A stretch of DNA of 64,000 nt from Planctomycetota bacterium (GTDB lineage: Bacteria; Planctomycetota; UBA8108; UBA1146), in the NCBI GenBank assembly GCA_036338595.1, contig JAYZBV010000065.1, positions 17,502-81,501 on the forward strand, read 5' to 3'. Of the stretch, positions 38,815 to 48,973 are shown piece after piece. The notes under the pieces are model-generated. The model ran no database searches and was not told where the DNA came from. It saw nothing but the letters and a program-made list of their open reading frames with translations. The number at the start of each line of letters is the position of its first letter. Position 1 is the first letter of the stretch. A program made the position numbers and the translations under genes.

Positions 38815-40358
38815 CAGTTCCCCTCCGGAATCTTCAGATAGAGTTTGTCCATTCCGGATCTCTGGATCGACCAGACCGGGATTCCGCGTCCTCGTGCGAT
38901 GAGCACACCTCCGATGATCATGAGCACTGTAAGTGCAATACTCACCAGGACGACCTCAGGCGCCGTCTCTATCCCATCTCTATAGATGAGATGCATTGGA
39001 GGCGAGAGCCACTCGATCTTGTCTGACCACAGCGAAAGTTCTCGAGCAGTGACCACAATCATGGCCAACCCCACCTGGACCCCGTTCGCAAGCACAGAAC
39101 TGATGATACCGTTGAATCCGCACTGGCCGAAGAACCATGCCATGCTCAGCACGGATACCCCCCAGCTGCACATGATGGCCAGCATCAGTTGAAAGCCGTA
39201 GATAGCGACGCTATATCCCGACTGATCGAAATTGATACCGGTCGTCACAGCGTTTGAAGATTCCAGGATCCAGCAACCGAGAGGAGCTCCGAAACAGATC
39301 ATGTACAACATCGTCGCAAACACCAGGTTACGGATACCTCCCGGGAAAAACAAAGTACCCAGCCAGTTTGTCCAGTGTCCCCGCTGGCGAATCTGCGCTA
39401 TCCGCAGCGGAACTCGCGCCTCGGATCCTGCGATGCGAGCCAGACCAAGGACAGAAAGGCCAACAAAAATGGTCATCACACGGCCCAGATCTCTGGACAT
39501 GGAATTGCGGGAACCCGACTGCAAATCTGGTCCTACCGTGATGACGATCAGACCAACCGTGACGATGAAGCAGAGCAATAACAGTATCCTGATCGGCACA
39601 TCGCGTGCTGACTCGACCCCCGATAAGAAATGGGTGGCCCCCATGATGGAGCCCACAACACCAACGATGTAGCCGGGAATCGCCCAGGCCCAGAACTGCC
39701 AACCAAGAGGGGACGCTTCCAGATAATCCAGAAGCAATATCCCCTCGGAGTAGACCTCTGAGGAGAGGAAGGTGATGGCGGTGAGCAGAAGAGGCACGCC
39801 CAGGAGAGCCACCTGAAGAATCGATCGAATCGTGCTTCGGGTCGATGCGGAGGAGAGGATTCCGATGGAGGCGATCAATGTTGCGGCAAGAAAGTGGATC
39901 AGGTACTCGAACAGGATCGAGGTGACAGACACCCCGCCAAATAATGTCGTCATTGACAGTAGAGGTGCGGGGAGCAACAGCAAGTAGAAGAGAATTCCAA
40001 GAATCCCGTACAGTTTCCCCCTGACGATCTGTCCGGGCCTCATTCCGGAACCGATCAACGGATCCCAGGTCTTTGCCTGCAATTCGGTGGTGATGCTGAT
40101 CGCACTCAGGAGCGGAATCACGAGGCAGATGGCACACAACTGTACGATGAAGTAGATGCCCACTAACTGCACTGCGTGCACCTCTGGCGATGTTCTTGAT
40201 CCGGCCAACTCTGAAATGGAATAGATCCACATCACACTACCCACCACGGCAGCGAACACTAACTGGATGATGAGGGAACGAATTCGGCGAATCCTCACAA
40301 TCAGTTCCTTCTGGATGATGGCGTAACTGGATCCTCCCAGCAGATTCGCTCCGATCAT
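38814..40358 (-). CDS. ABC-2 type transporter permease
   Basis: KEL--R-R, P-LSA-SI--E-QAKTWD-L, IVRGKL-G; many TM helices. Confidence 0.8.
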   Translation of the reverse strand: MIGANLLGGSSYAIIQKELIVRIRRIRSLIIQLVFAAVVGSVMWIYSISELAGSRTSPEVHAVQLVGIYFIVQLCAICLVIPLLSAISITTELQAKTWDPLIGSGMRPGQIVRGKLYGILGILFYLLLLPAPLLSMTTLFGGVSVTSILFEYLIHFLAATLIASIGILSSASTRSTIRSILQVALLGVPLLLTAITFLSSEVYSEGILLLDYLEASPLGWQFWAWAIPGYIVGVVGSIMGATHFLSGVESARDVPIRILLLLCFIVTVGLIVITVGPDLQSGSRNSMSRDLGRVMTIFVGLSVLGLARIAGSEARVPLRIAQIRQRGHWTNWLGTLFFPGGIRNLVFATMLYMICFGAPLGCWILESSNAVTTGINFDQSGYSVAIYGFQLMLAIMCSWGVSVLSMAWFFGQCGFNGIISSVLANGVQVGLAMIVVTARELSLWSDKIEWLSPPMHLIYRDGIETAPEVVLVSIALTVLMIIGGVLIARGRGIPVWSIQRSGMDKLYLKIPEGN

Positions 40359-41305
40359 TGCACCTCTCCCGTCGTGAGGCTCATGAACAGATTTTCAAGG
40401 TCGTCTTCATGCCTGCGAACTCTCGTGAAAGCGATCTTTCGGGAGGCCAGCGCCGCCCAGACCTGATGGATCTCAGAGTCATCTTCTGACCAGTCGAAGT
40501 TGAGTTTTCTTCCCTCCAGAAGGATCCTGCTGACGCCGGGAATCTGCGACAGGATCGCTTCCACATCATCATCGGCCTTGACGAGAGTGACCTCATACTG
40601 GACATCTCCGGACCTGATCCGGTTCTGGATCTGGTCCATCGGTCCATGTGCCACCAGGTGGCCCTTCTCGACGATGCTGACGGAGTCGCAGATGGGTGAG
40701 AGTTCCGACAAGATGTGGCTGGAGAGAAAGACCGTCTTTCCGAGTCGACGCAACTCCGTGAGCAGGCTCCTGAATTCGATCCGGGCCCGAGGATCGAGAC
40801 CACTTGCCGGCTCATCCAGAATCAACAGATCCGGTTCGTGCAGCAGGGTCTGGGCGAGGCAAAGTCTTTGCTTCATTCCCTTCGAGAGGACATGAACCTC
40901 GATTTCGAGCAACTTATCCAGGTCCGTCAATTCCACAACATCGGAGATCGCTGAGCGTCGTCTTGCTGCAGGCAGTTGGTGAGCCATGGCAAAGAACTCG
41001 AGGTATTCCATCACCGACAGGCCTTCATATACGCCGACATAGTCGGGCATGTATCCCAGTCGCAGTCTCACCTCCTCTGGCTCGGTGACGACATTGGCTC
41101 CATCGATCCAGGCCCCCCCGGCTGTGGGAATCTGCAATGCAGCGAGAATCCTGATGGTCGTTGTTTTTCCTGCACCGTTTGGTCCGATGAAGCCGTGAAT
41201 GACTCCGCGAGGAATATCGAAACTGATTCCTGCCAGCGCATCCTTCTTGCCGAAGGACATCCACAGATCTCTGACCTCGATGATAGATGGGCGCGACTCA
41301 ATCAT
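40355..41305 (-). CDS. ABC transporter ATP-binding protein
   Basis: GPNGAGKTT, LSKGMKQRL, LILDEPASGLDP, SSH. Confidence 0.93.
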   Translation of the reverse strand: MIESRPSIIEVRDLWMSFGKKDALAGISFDIPRGVIHGFIGPNGAGKTTTIRILAALQIPTAGGAWIDGANVVTEPEEVRLRLGYMPDYVGVYEGLSVMEYLEFFAMAHQLPAARRRSAISDVVELTDLDKLLEIEVHVLSKGMKQRLCLAQTLLHEPDLLILDEPASGLDPRARIEFRSLLTELRRLGKTVFLSSHILSELSPICDSVSIVEKGHLVAHGPMDQIQNRIRSGDVQYEVTLVKADDDVEAILSQIPGVSRILLEGRKLNFDWSEDDSEIHQVWAALASRKIAFTRVRRHEDDLENLFMSLTTGEVQ

Positions 41306-43161
41306 TTGCGCTGACCGCTTCCCCAATCCAGATTGCCATCCCAGATCGTCACCATCGTTTCGGGTTCGATTCCGAGCCGGTTTCGCTCACTCTCTTCCAG
41401 GAATGCGGAAGCAGTGGTTCGCATCATCCCGTAGGTGGCGGCTCTGAGGGCTCCTGATGCAGTCTGAAACCCTGGAAATAACTCGCCACCTAGCCATTCT
41501 CCCGGCCTTGCTTCGAACAACTTCGCTGTTGAGGACACTCCTTTGCTCATGGCAATTCTTCGCGGCTCGGTGTTCGCCTGCATGACGAGACGTTCCATCA
41601 GTGGAACCTTGATCACCTCACATCGTGCTTCATGGCTCAGCGAACGGATTCGACGATCTACTACTGAAGTGGTGGAACCGTCAGGATGCTGGAGATAACT
41701 ACAGAGATCGCGATCCGCGCCAATAGCCAAAGGGAATCTTGGCATCGAATTGGTCGCCACACTTTCGTCAGCGGTCCCTGTCGGTGAATAGTGGGATTCG
41801 ATCACCATCGCAACAGCCACCCTACTGTTCGGTTCTCGAATGATCAGCACCTCCTCCAGGTTGCGAGAGGTCACACCCAGTCTCACCAGCGACAGCACGA
41901 AGACTGCAGCGATACAAGCGGCGGCAAGAACGGGTTGAAGCCACAGCAGATGGGGGAGCATACCCCTCTTCTTGAGGATGAACCCGATCGACGGCCACAA
42001 CACGAGGACATAGGCCAGTCCGATCCAGAATATCAGTTGCAACGGATCTGCACCTCGCTGCAGCAAATCGATCTTCGCCAGCACATGTTGAAATGGGTAT
42101 TTCGTTTCGATAACTGAGATCGCAGATCCCAGGTGCATCGGGTGGCGATCGGGATGGATCACTCCCTGGGCCAACTGTCCTTCAGCGAGTTCAAGTGCCA
42201 ACCAGCGACCGAGTCCTTCCTCTATTTGTACGCAGGAACTCAAACCCCCGGATCCGGTGGGCTCAGAAATTCTCTCGCCGATTCCCTCGATCGGAAATAC
42301 GATCCGCTCAGCCCCCCCGCCATCCGAATGAACCCGAGGTTCGAGTTCTAACCCGCTAATCCAGCGAAGCCCACGCCCCTGACCATCCGGTCGCAAGATG
42401 ACGCAGACTCCCCCTCGAACCGCTTCTCGAATCGCATTTCGCTGCCCAGCTGAGACATCTTCGGGGTCAACGCCATCGAGTAGCACGAAGTCGAATCCGA
42501 GCAGGGCCTCTCGATTCAAGGGCAGATCGCCAGACCCGATCCAGGTGGTACTCTCCACCATGCCGGTTACGCGGGGCCAGATGAATCTTTGACTCGGGAC
42601 AACAGCCTCACCGGACAAGGTCACTTGCAGACAGCAGTATTCATTTGCAGAGCGAGTGCTCTGAGAATCGAAGGCTACACTGTCCTCTGAAATTTCCGGA
42701 TAGCCATCCATATGTAATGGTGTGCCATTTCTCCATACCTTGATCTGGCAATGATTATTGTACCAGGGCCCGCCAGATCCGAGGCAGTTGGGGAAACCTA
42801 CCAGCACCCGCTTTGCTTCTGCCCCCGCAGCGACCTCTACGGTGTGACGCCATGAGAACTTTCTTTGCTGAGAGTTGGACCGTAGCTTCGTATTTCCAGA
42901 TATCTCGATGTCGAATACACCATCATCCGTTCCGTACTGGTTATTCACCATGATCAACATCGGGTGCCAGTTATGAGTCAAATTGCCGTCATGAGCATTG
43001 ACCTGTCGCTGCCTCAGACTCGAGACATCGACTGTACTCTTCTCAAGAACCAGTTGTGCCTCACATGGTTGCGGAAGGATCAGAATCCACAGGGAGATGG
43101 CAGTTGGAAGTAACCACCAGCAAAATGAAGCCCGCCCCACTTTTCCAGTGGCAGCCCTCAC
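41302..43161 (-). CDS. Hypothetical exported/membrane protein associated with the ABC transporter
   Basis: Signal peptide, large soluble domain (LP----L-GFD-VLL), two TM helices (YVLVLWP, WLQP); overlaps neighbours by 4 bp. Confidence 0.7.
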   Translation of the reverse strand: MRAATGKVGRASFCWWLLPTAISLWILILPQPCEAQLVLEKSTVDVSSLRQRQVNAHDGNLTHNWHPMLIMVNNQYGTDDGVFDIEISGNTKLRSNSQQRKFSWRHTVEVAAGAEAKRVLVGFPNCLGSGGPWYNNHCQIKVWRNGTPLHMDGYPEISEDSVAFDSQSTRSANEYCCLQVTLSGEAVVPSQRFIWPRVTGMVESTTWIGSGDLPLNREALLGFDFVLLDGVDPEDVSAGQRNAIREAVRGGVCVILRPDGQGRGLRWISGLELEPRVHSDGGGAERIVFPIEGIGERISEPTGSGGLSSCVQIEEGLGRWLALELAEGQLAQGVIHPDRHPMHLGSAISVIETKYPFQHVLAKIDLLQRGADPLQLIFWIGLAYVLVLWPSIGFILKKRGMLPHLLWLQPVLAAACIAAVFVLSLVRLGVTSRNLEEVLIIREPNSRVAVAMVIESHYSPTGTADESVATNSMPRFPLAIGADRDLCSYLQHPDGSTTSVVDRRIRSLSHEARCEVIKVPLMERLVMQANTEPRRIAMSKGVSSTAKLFEARPGEWLGGELFPGFQTASGALRAATYGMMRTTASAFLEESERNRLGIEPETMVTIWDGNLDWGSGQRK

Positions 43162-43775
43162 TCGTCCCCCTGCGTACTCTCGAGGGCACTTCTTCCCGCG
43201 ACAGCGTCACGCAAGATGCTGCAATTCATGTACTCGATTTGCCCACCAGCAGGCAATCCCCTGGCGAGCATCGTGACGGAGACATCTGCTTTCGAGAGCG
43301 CCTCTGCGACCAGCAGCGCCGTACCGTCGCCCTCAAAGTCAGGATTCGTGGCGAGTATCACCTCCTTCACATCGGATGATTCGCTGCGCTCGATCAAACG
43401 CTTGAGTGCGATCTGCTCGGGGCCACGATCGTCCATCGGCGAGAATGACGCCCCGAGTACGTGGTAGAGACCTGAATAAGAGCCACTCTCCTCGATCGCT
43501 CGCAAATCCTTGGGCTGCTCAACAACGCAGATGACCCCTCGATCCCTGCTATCATCCAGACAGATGGCACAGATCTCTTCCTCACTGATGTCCTGGCATT
43601 GAGCACACCGGCGCAACTCATCCTTGACCTTGCGAATCGCATCGGAGATGCGCATCGCATCTTCTCTGGAAACCTTGAGCACATGGTATGCGAGCCGTTC
43701 GGCACTCTTTTGACCGATCCCGGGCAATGAGGCGAACGCATCGATCAACTCTCCGAGTAGTCCTTCTCCCGCCAA
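43158..43775 (-). CDS. recR: Recombination mediator RecR
   Basis: LPGIGQKSAERLA, CxxC...CxxC, ICVVEQ, EVILATNP--EGD-TA. Confidence 0.95.
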   Translation of the reverse strand: MAGEGLLGELIDAFASLPGIGQKSAERLAYHVLKVSREDAMRISDAIRKVKDELRRCAQCQDISEEEICAICLDDSRDRGVICVVEQPKDLRAIEESGSYSGLYHVLGASFSPMDDRGPEQIALKRLIERSESSDVKEVILATNPDFEGDGTALLVAEALSKADVSVTMLARGLPAGGQIEYMNCSILRDAVAGRSALESTQGDE

Positions 43776-43783
43776 GATCCCCC

Positions 43784-44101
43784 CTATGCCATTCCCGGGA
43801 AGGACATACCACCGGTAACTCTGGAGGTTTCCTGGTCGGAGAGTTCCTTTGCCTTCTCCAGTGCCTGCTGAACCGCCACCAGCACCAGGTCCTCGAGCAT
43901 CTCGACATCATCCGGATCCACAACTTCCGGATCGATCTCGACCTTAAGCACCTCTTGCTGGCCACTGGCATATACCTTGATGAGTCCGCTGCCAGATTCT
44001 CCCAGCACGGTTCGCTGCTTGAGATCTTCCTGGACCGCTTTCAGTTCCTTCTGCATCTTCTGTGCCTGCTGGAACAATCCACCCAGATCACCGGTCGACA
44101 T
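43784..44101 (-). CDS. ybaB: YbaB/EbfC family nucleoid-associated protein
   Basis: QAQKMQ, SGSGLIKV, DPDDVEMLEDLV; between dnaX and recR. Confidence 0.93.
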   Translation of the reverse strand: MSTGDLGGLFQQAQKMQKELKAVQEDLKQRTVLGESGSGLIKVYASGQQEVLKVEIDPEVVDPDDVEMLEDLVLVAVQQALEKAKELSDQETSRVTGGMSFPGMA

Positions 44102-44113
44102 GATAAGTCTCCT

Positions 44114-45838
44114 TCAATTATTTCCCTGGACCCGGTCCTCATCCCGTACCGGACCACGATTTTTGGCCTCGCTCGAAAATATATCCGCTGCCTGACCAAC
44201 GATCTCGGGCTTCTCTGCAGAACCCGAAGATCCAGGCGCTGGATCGGCATCCGCTGGGTACTCCTCGATCTCGATCGAGCCATGTTTTTTCTGCCACGAG
44301 CTCAGGGCCTTCTGCGCCGCATCTGTTGCGAGTGCCTGAGAAAGTTCACTCGTGGTCTGCAACTGCCATCCGTCACCCACACGGGTGATTCCACCTCCGA
44401 GCCGGATCATTCTCGGCAGCAGTTTGTCGACCTTCCGCAGCAGATCGATCAGTTGATCCTCGGGTGAATCGCCTTCAGTTACGGGATCCGCGTCGGTCGT
44501 TGCGACCGCTGAAGCAACACCGGATGACTTTGCATCGCCTTCACGCTTCCGAAGTGCTTCGCGAGCAGCAGCCGCCCCACGTGCAGGAAGCTTCGTGGCT
44601 GGCTGCTCCGGGACAATGGCTGCATCTGGAACCGTGGGTTCCTTTGCCACTGCTGCCACAGGTGGATCAGGATCCTGATCGCGGGGGGAACGGGAAATGG
44701 AAGCAGCAGCGGTTGCCACGTCGGGACTGGTGAGCGATCGGATCGGCACCAGGGATCGCAAGGTCCCCATCCGCATCAATGCGAGTTCCAGCAGCAGATC
44801 ACCACGATCCTGACGACGCAACTTCTGGCGGGTTTCCTGGATGATCTCCTGGGCGAGCAGGTTTGCCTCGAGATCTTCCTCACCCCAACCATCACTGACT
44901 CCGGTGTGAAGTCTTTGGCGCAACGTCTCGGCGATCTGCTCGGTCAACACCGATGCCTCGGTTCCTCCAGCAAAGATGGCTGTCGCCTTTGCGACCACCG
45001 TAGAGAGGTCACCGCAATCGACCGCTGACAGTAAATCTGCCAGCGCTTCACTCGACACCCTACCGGTGATCCGGTTCAGATCTTCGGGACCGGGCTGGTC
45101 TCCCGCAAAGGAGAGCACCTGATCGAGCAGCGACTGGGCATCTCGCATGCCCCCATCCGCGAGGGAAGCGATATTCTCGAGCAATTCGGGCTGCGGATCG
45201 GCGCCCTCCTGCTGACAGATCTGGCCGAGTCGACGCTCGATGTCTCCACGAGAGATCGAGGCAAAATCGAAGCGCTGGCAGCGGGAAAGAACCGTTGGAA
45301 TCACTCGCTCCGGTTCGGTCGTGGCGAAGATGAACTTCACGTGCGCGGGGGGCTCCTCGAGGGTCTTGAGCAGCGAATTGAACGCTTCCCTGGTCAGCAT
45401 GTGTACCTCGTCGATGATGAATATGCGGTACGGGCCTGAGCTGGGAGCGTACTGGACATGCTCGATCAGGCTACGGATATCATCGATGCCCCGATGGGAT
45501 GCGCCGTCCATCTCGGTGACATCGGAATCTTCACCGCGAAAGATCTGTTCGCAGGTGGCACACTGATCGCAGGGGACCGCATCTTCTCCATCAGGGCACT
45601 GTAAGGTCCGCGCAAAGATCCGTGCCATCGAGGTCTTGCCCACTCCGCGCGGCCCACAGAAAAGATATGCGTGAGCGAGACGATTCTGCAGGATCGCCTG
45701 CCGTAAAGCCTCGGCGACCGATTCCTGCCCCACCACGTCATCGAATTTTCTGGGTCGGTAGCGCCGCGCGATCACCTCGTAACGACCTGAAGTAGCATCG
45801 TTCTGCACAGCTGGAGGGGTCGGGGACTGCTCATTCAT
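44114..45838 (-). CDS. dnaX: DNA polymerase III subunit gamma/tau
   Basis: ARRYRP--F-DVVGQ, HAYLFCGPRGVGKTS, IIDEVHML, NSLLKTLEEPP, SRCQRF, GGMRDA. Confidence 0.95.
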   Translation of the reverse strand: MNEQSPTPPAVQNDATSGRYEVIARRYRPRKFDDVVGQESVAEALRQAILQNRLAHAYLFCGPRGVGKTSMARIFARTLQCPDGEDAVPCDQCATCEQIFRGEDSDVTEMDGASHRGIDDIRSLIEHVQYAPSSGPYRIFIIDEVHMLTREAFNSLLKTLEEPPAHVKFIFATTEPERVIPTVLSRCQRFDFASISRGDIERRLGQICQQEGADPQPELLENIASLADGGMRDAQSLLDQVLSFAGDQPGPEDLNRITGRVSSEALADLLSAVDCGDLSTVVAKATAIFAGGTEASVLTEQIAETLRQRLHTGVSDGWGEEDLEANLLAQEIIQETRQKLRRQDRGDLLLELALMRMGTLRSLVPIRSLTSPDVATAAASISRSPRDQDPDPPVAAVAKEPTVPDAAIVPEQPATKLPARGAAAAREALRKREGDAKSSGVASAVATTDADPVTEGDSPEDQLIDLLRKVDKLLPRMIRLGGGITRVGDGWQLQTTSELSQALATDAAQKALSSWQKKHGSIEIEEYPADADPAPGSSGSAEKPEIVGQAADIFSSEAKNRGPVRDEDRVQGNN

Positions 45839-45935
45839 GTAGTCATCAAACCCGCGACGAGCCGGTGCTGCAAGTCGCCAAATGGAAAGTGGAAGTGGCA
45901 CAACAGGGTTCCCACGCGGTCAGGCTGGAAATAGA

Positions 45936-46026
45936 CCGGAGCCCGAAGCACACCGACGGGGACCGACATGGCTGCTCCCGTCAGGGCCTGACCAAGTTCA
46001 CGGGCCGCCAGTCGCCCGGACCCCGG
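45936..46026 (-). ncRNA. ffs: Signal recognition particle RNA (small, 4.5S type)
   Basis: Minus strand GAAC-TTGGTCAGG-CCCTGACGGG-AGCAGCC core in a long hairpin, directly upstream of dnaX. Confidence 0.9.
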
Positions 46027-46099
46027 AAGTTACTATTTCCATCCAGACTCTGTGGCTCCAGGAGCCACGTCACAGCACCAGCGCGATACACCACGAGGT

Positions 46100-46189
<90 letters not shown>

Positions 46190-46315
46190 CGACGCTTCCT
46201 CGTGTCATCTCTTCGCACCCGAATCCAGGGGACTGATGCTCACCGATCAGGCACCATTTTCCCCGGAAATCTCGACAATTCCAGGGATCTATAGCAGACC
46301 TGGATGCCATGGGAG

Positions 46316-46405
<90 letters not shown>

Positions 46406-46422
46406 GCTATCATCCATGATCA

Positions 46423-46914
46423 TCATTTTCCGTTCGAACTGTCCCTGCGCTGCTGAAAAAAGGAACGCAACAGTTCGCCCGACTCTTCACCGAACAATCC
46501 ACCGGACCACGAGACATCGTGATTGAAGAGGCCAGGCTCGAAGACTCTCAACTTCGTGTCCACCGCTCCCCAGCGAGAATCCGTGGCTCCGAAAACAACC
46601 CTCTCGATCCTCGCCTGGAGGATCGCGCCGGCACACATCGGGCAAGGCTCCAGAGTACAAAAGAGTGTGGTGCCATCCAGCCGCCACCCCTCGATGGCCT
46701 CGGCTGCCTGCCCGATGGCAAGGATCTCAGCGTGGGCCGTCGGATCTCGAAGGGTCTCCTTCGCATTCCGAGCCTGCCCGATCACCCCTTTGTCGGGATG
46801 CACGATCACCGCCCCCACCGGGACCTCGCCGTCCTGCTCTGCAGCCCTCGCTTGCTCAAGCGCCAGTTGCATGTGAATTCGGTCGGAATCTTCATCGAGC
46901 CAGGAGATGCCCAT
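46423..46914 (-). CDS. tadA: tRNA adenosine(34) deaminase
   Basis: GEVPVGAV, DPTAHAE, WRL, TLEPCPMCAGA, FF--RR. Confidence 0.93.
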   Translation of the reverse strand: MGISWLDEDSDRIHMQLALEQARAAEQDGEVPVGAVIVHPDKGVIGQARNAKETLRDPTAHAEILAIGQAAEAIEGWRLDGTTLFCTLEPCPMCAGAILQARIERVVFGATDSRWGAVDTKLRVFEPGLFNHDVSWSGGLFGEESGELLRSFFQQRRDSSNGK

Positions 46915-46950
46915 TCAAGGTCCTCCGCCCCTGGTCAGGGATCGATCAAG

Positions 46951-47024
46951 CACGCCGGGGAGGATTCGAACCCCCAACCTCCTGATCCGTAGTCAGGTGC
47001 TCTATCCAGTTGAGCTACCGGCGC
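46951..47024 (-). tRNA. tRNA-Arg(ACG)
   Basis: GCGCCGG acceptor, TAGCTCAACTGGATAGAGC, anticodon arm CCTGA-CTACGGA-TCAGG, GTTCGAATC; CCA not encoded. Confidence 0.95.
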
Positions 47025-47036
47025 GTAGAAGGGCCA

Positions 47037-47064
47037 ATGTTAGCCAGCCCCCCCAAGGTGTCAA
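47037..47064 (-). promoter_or_regulatory. Sigma70 promoter for tRNA-Arg/tadA
   Basis: TTGACA-N16-TAACAT just upstream of the tRNA. Confidence 0.65.
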
Positions 47065-47081
47065 GGCGACCGGAGTAGTGC

Positions 47082-47927
47082 TCATTTCCCATCCCAGTCA
47101 TCGGGAACCCAGTCGTCTAGGTCCTCGTCCACGGGAGCCTTTGACGACGAATCTGGGGGCAAATCTGAATCCAGCGCGACAACGGGAGCCACCGTCTTCT
47201 CTGTTTTCTTCCCGGAACTTGTCCCATCCGCTCGATCGATACCCTCTCCATCAGGTTCCTCTGGCTCATCCTCGGAGAGCAGATCGTCGAGTATTTCGAG
47301 TCCTCGATCGGAACCCTGCTGACGGAGGCGCTCCGGTTCAGGCAGTGCATCGAGTCCCGAGAGTCCAAGCAGTTCAAGGAACTCGGTGGTGGTTCCATAG
47401 AGAAGAGGGCGTCCGATCGACTCCTCCTGACCGACGACCCGCACCAGCCCCCACTCCATCAGGTTCTTGAGAATCGGACCGCACTGCACGCCGCGAACAG
47501 CTTCCAGATCAGACCTGCGTACAGGCTGACGATAGGCGATGACCGCGAGCGTCTCGAACGCAGCTGAACTGAGCCGAATGCGGCGGCGCCCGCCCCGCAG
47601 TCGAGCCACGAAGGGTGCGAATTCTGGTTTGGTCAGAAGTCGCAATCCACCACCACCCTCATGAAGCAGATAGCCACGAGGTGTCGTGATCAACTCTGCC
47701 TCCAGCTCGAGAAGAGCTTTCTTGACCGCACCCTTCGGCGCTTCACGGAGCATCGCGTGAAGACGGCGGCGAGTGACAGGCTCCGGGGATGCGAACAGGA
47801 TGGCCTCGATGGTTGACTTCAATCGATCACCATCGAGTTCTCCGAGCGACTCCCCTTCATCGCAGCCAGGCACCTCGGATGGTTTCTCCTGCTCACCATC
47901 CGGTGCATTGCTGTCTCTAGATATCAT
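47082..47927 (-). CDS. scpB: SMC-Scp complex subunit ScpB
   Basis: IEAILFAS-EP, LSSAAFETLAVIAYRQP, VRGV, GRPLLYGTT-EFL---GL--L--LP; acidic tails. Confidence 0.92.
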   Translation of the reverse strand: MISRDSNAPDGEQEKPSEVPGCDEGESLGELDGDRLKSTIEAILFASPEPVTRRRLHAMLREAPKGAVKKALLELEAELITTPRGYLLHEGGGGLRLLTKPEFAPFVARLRGGRRRIRLSSAAFETLAVIAYRQPVRRSDLEAVRGVQCGPILKNLMEWGLVRVVGQEESIGRPLLYGTTTEFLELLGLSGLDALPEPERLRQQGSDRGLEILDDLLSEDEPEEPDGEGIDRADGTSSGKKTEKTVAPVVALDSDLPPDSSSKAPVDEDLDDWVPDDWDGK

Positions 47928-48973
47928 CGTTCTCCTTCTGAGTGATCCCCATCCTCTGTCACCTGGGTCGGCTTCGGGACCGCTTCGATGGACACTGGAA
48001 TGCGCCTCCGGATCAACCGCTCCACCGACAGCAACTCTTCATCGGTGGCGGGCTCATCCAGCAACTGCTGGAGCAACTGGGCCCGCACCTCAGAGTAGGC
48101 TCGAGTGGCTCTTGTCTCCACCACCCTGAACAGGTGCCAGCCATAATCAACCTCTTCGACCGGCCCCAGCACATCCCCCTCGGGCACCTGAAACACCTCG
48201 AAGAAGGCCGGATTCCCGGCCAGTTCAGATTCTCTTATCCAGCCGCTGCCTATTCTGGGCATATGTTCGGACCCGATCCCCACCGGCAGTTCCACAGCCT
48301 CCTCGAGGGGTGTTCCCGAGGCGAGTACCTCCCGGGTGTTATTTGCCCACTGCTCGATCCGGGTCCTGAGTTCTCCTTCATCGGAACCTGCTGGAAAGGC
48401 GATATGCTCGACCAGTCGCCTCTGCTCTTTCCATGTCACCCGCCACAGATCAAGGATCTCCTCCTCCTCGATCTCCCGGTGGTGAGAGACCACTGCCTGG
48501 ATCAGCAGCGCAGGACCGACCTCCAGGGCGATCTCCCGGCGTAAATCACTTTCGCCCAGGCCCTGTAACTCCAGCCTGGCCAGTGCTCGCTGGCGCTCCT
48601 GAAAGGTCTCTCCGAGGATTCGGATCATCTCCTGCTCGACCTGAGCAGCAATCTCCTCCGAATCGATACCGATCCCCTGCCGCTCTGCCTCGGCGCTGAA
48701 GAGTGACTCACGGACCAACCCGTTGAGGGCTCGAGGACCGTAATAGCGAGCCAGTATTCGTTGTTTGAGTTCACGATCAGTGATGATGTCCCGACCGACG
48801 CGAGCCAGGATGGTGTGCCCATCCGGAGCCTGTAGGCGGTTCACGGCTTCCGGGCGAGTTCCTGAACCCGATACCGAATAGGGATCCCAATTGGTATCCC
48901 TCGCATTCCGGGGCGATTCACAACCCAACAGGACGAGGATGAGCAGCATCCATGGCAGTGAGCACCTCATCAT
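47924..48973 (-). CDS. PpiC/SurA-type peptidylprolyl isomerase-like lipoprotein
   Basis: Lipobox LLGC, LARVG--IT, HI, GPVE---GWHLFRV. Confidence 0.7.
   Translation of the reverse strand: MMRCSLPWMLLILVLLGCESPRNARDTNWDPYSVSGSGTRPEAVNRLQAPDGHTILARVGRDIITDRELKQRILARYYGPRALNGLVRESLFSAEAERQGIGIDSEEIAAQVEQEMIRILGETFQERQRALARLELQGLGESDLRREIALEVGPALLIQAVVSHHREIEEEEILDLWRVTWKEQRRLVEHIAFPAGSDEGELRTRIEQWANNTREVLASGTPLEEAVELPVGIGSEHMPRIGSGWIRESELAGNPAFFEVFQVPEGDVLGPVEEVDYGWHLFRVVETRATRAYSEVRAQLLQQLLDEPATDEELLSVERLIRRRIPVSIEAVPKPTQVTEDGDHSEGER

Noticed and set aside
44114..45838. Programmed frameshift or slippage site in dnaX
   Set aside because: No A_AAA_AAG or long A/T run seen at the gamma/tau boundary; the only A6 run noticed is near the C-terminus
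47082..47927. scpB without adjacent scpA
   Set aside because: scpA and scpB can be unlinked; cannot judge from one window
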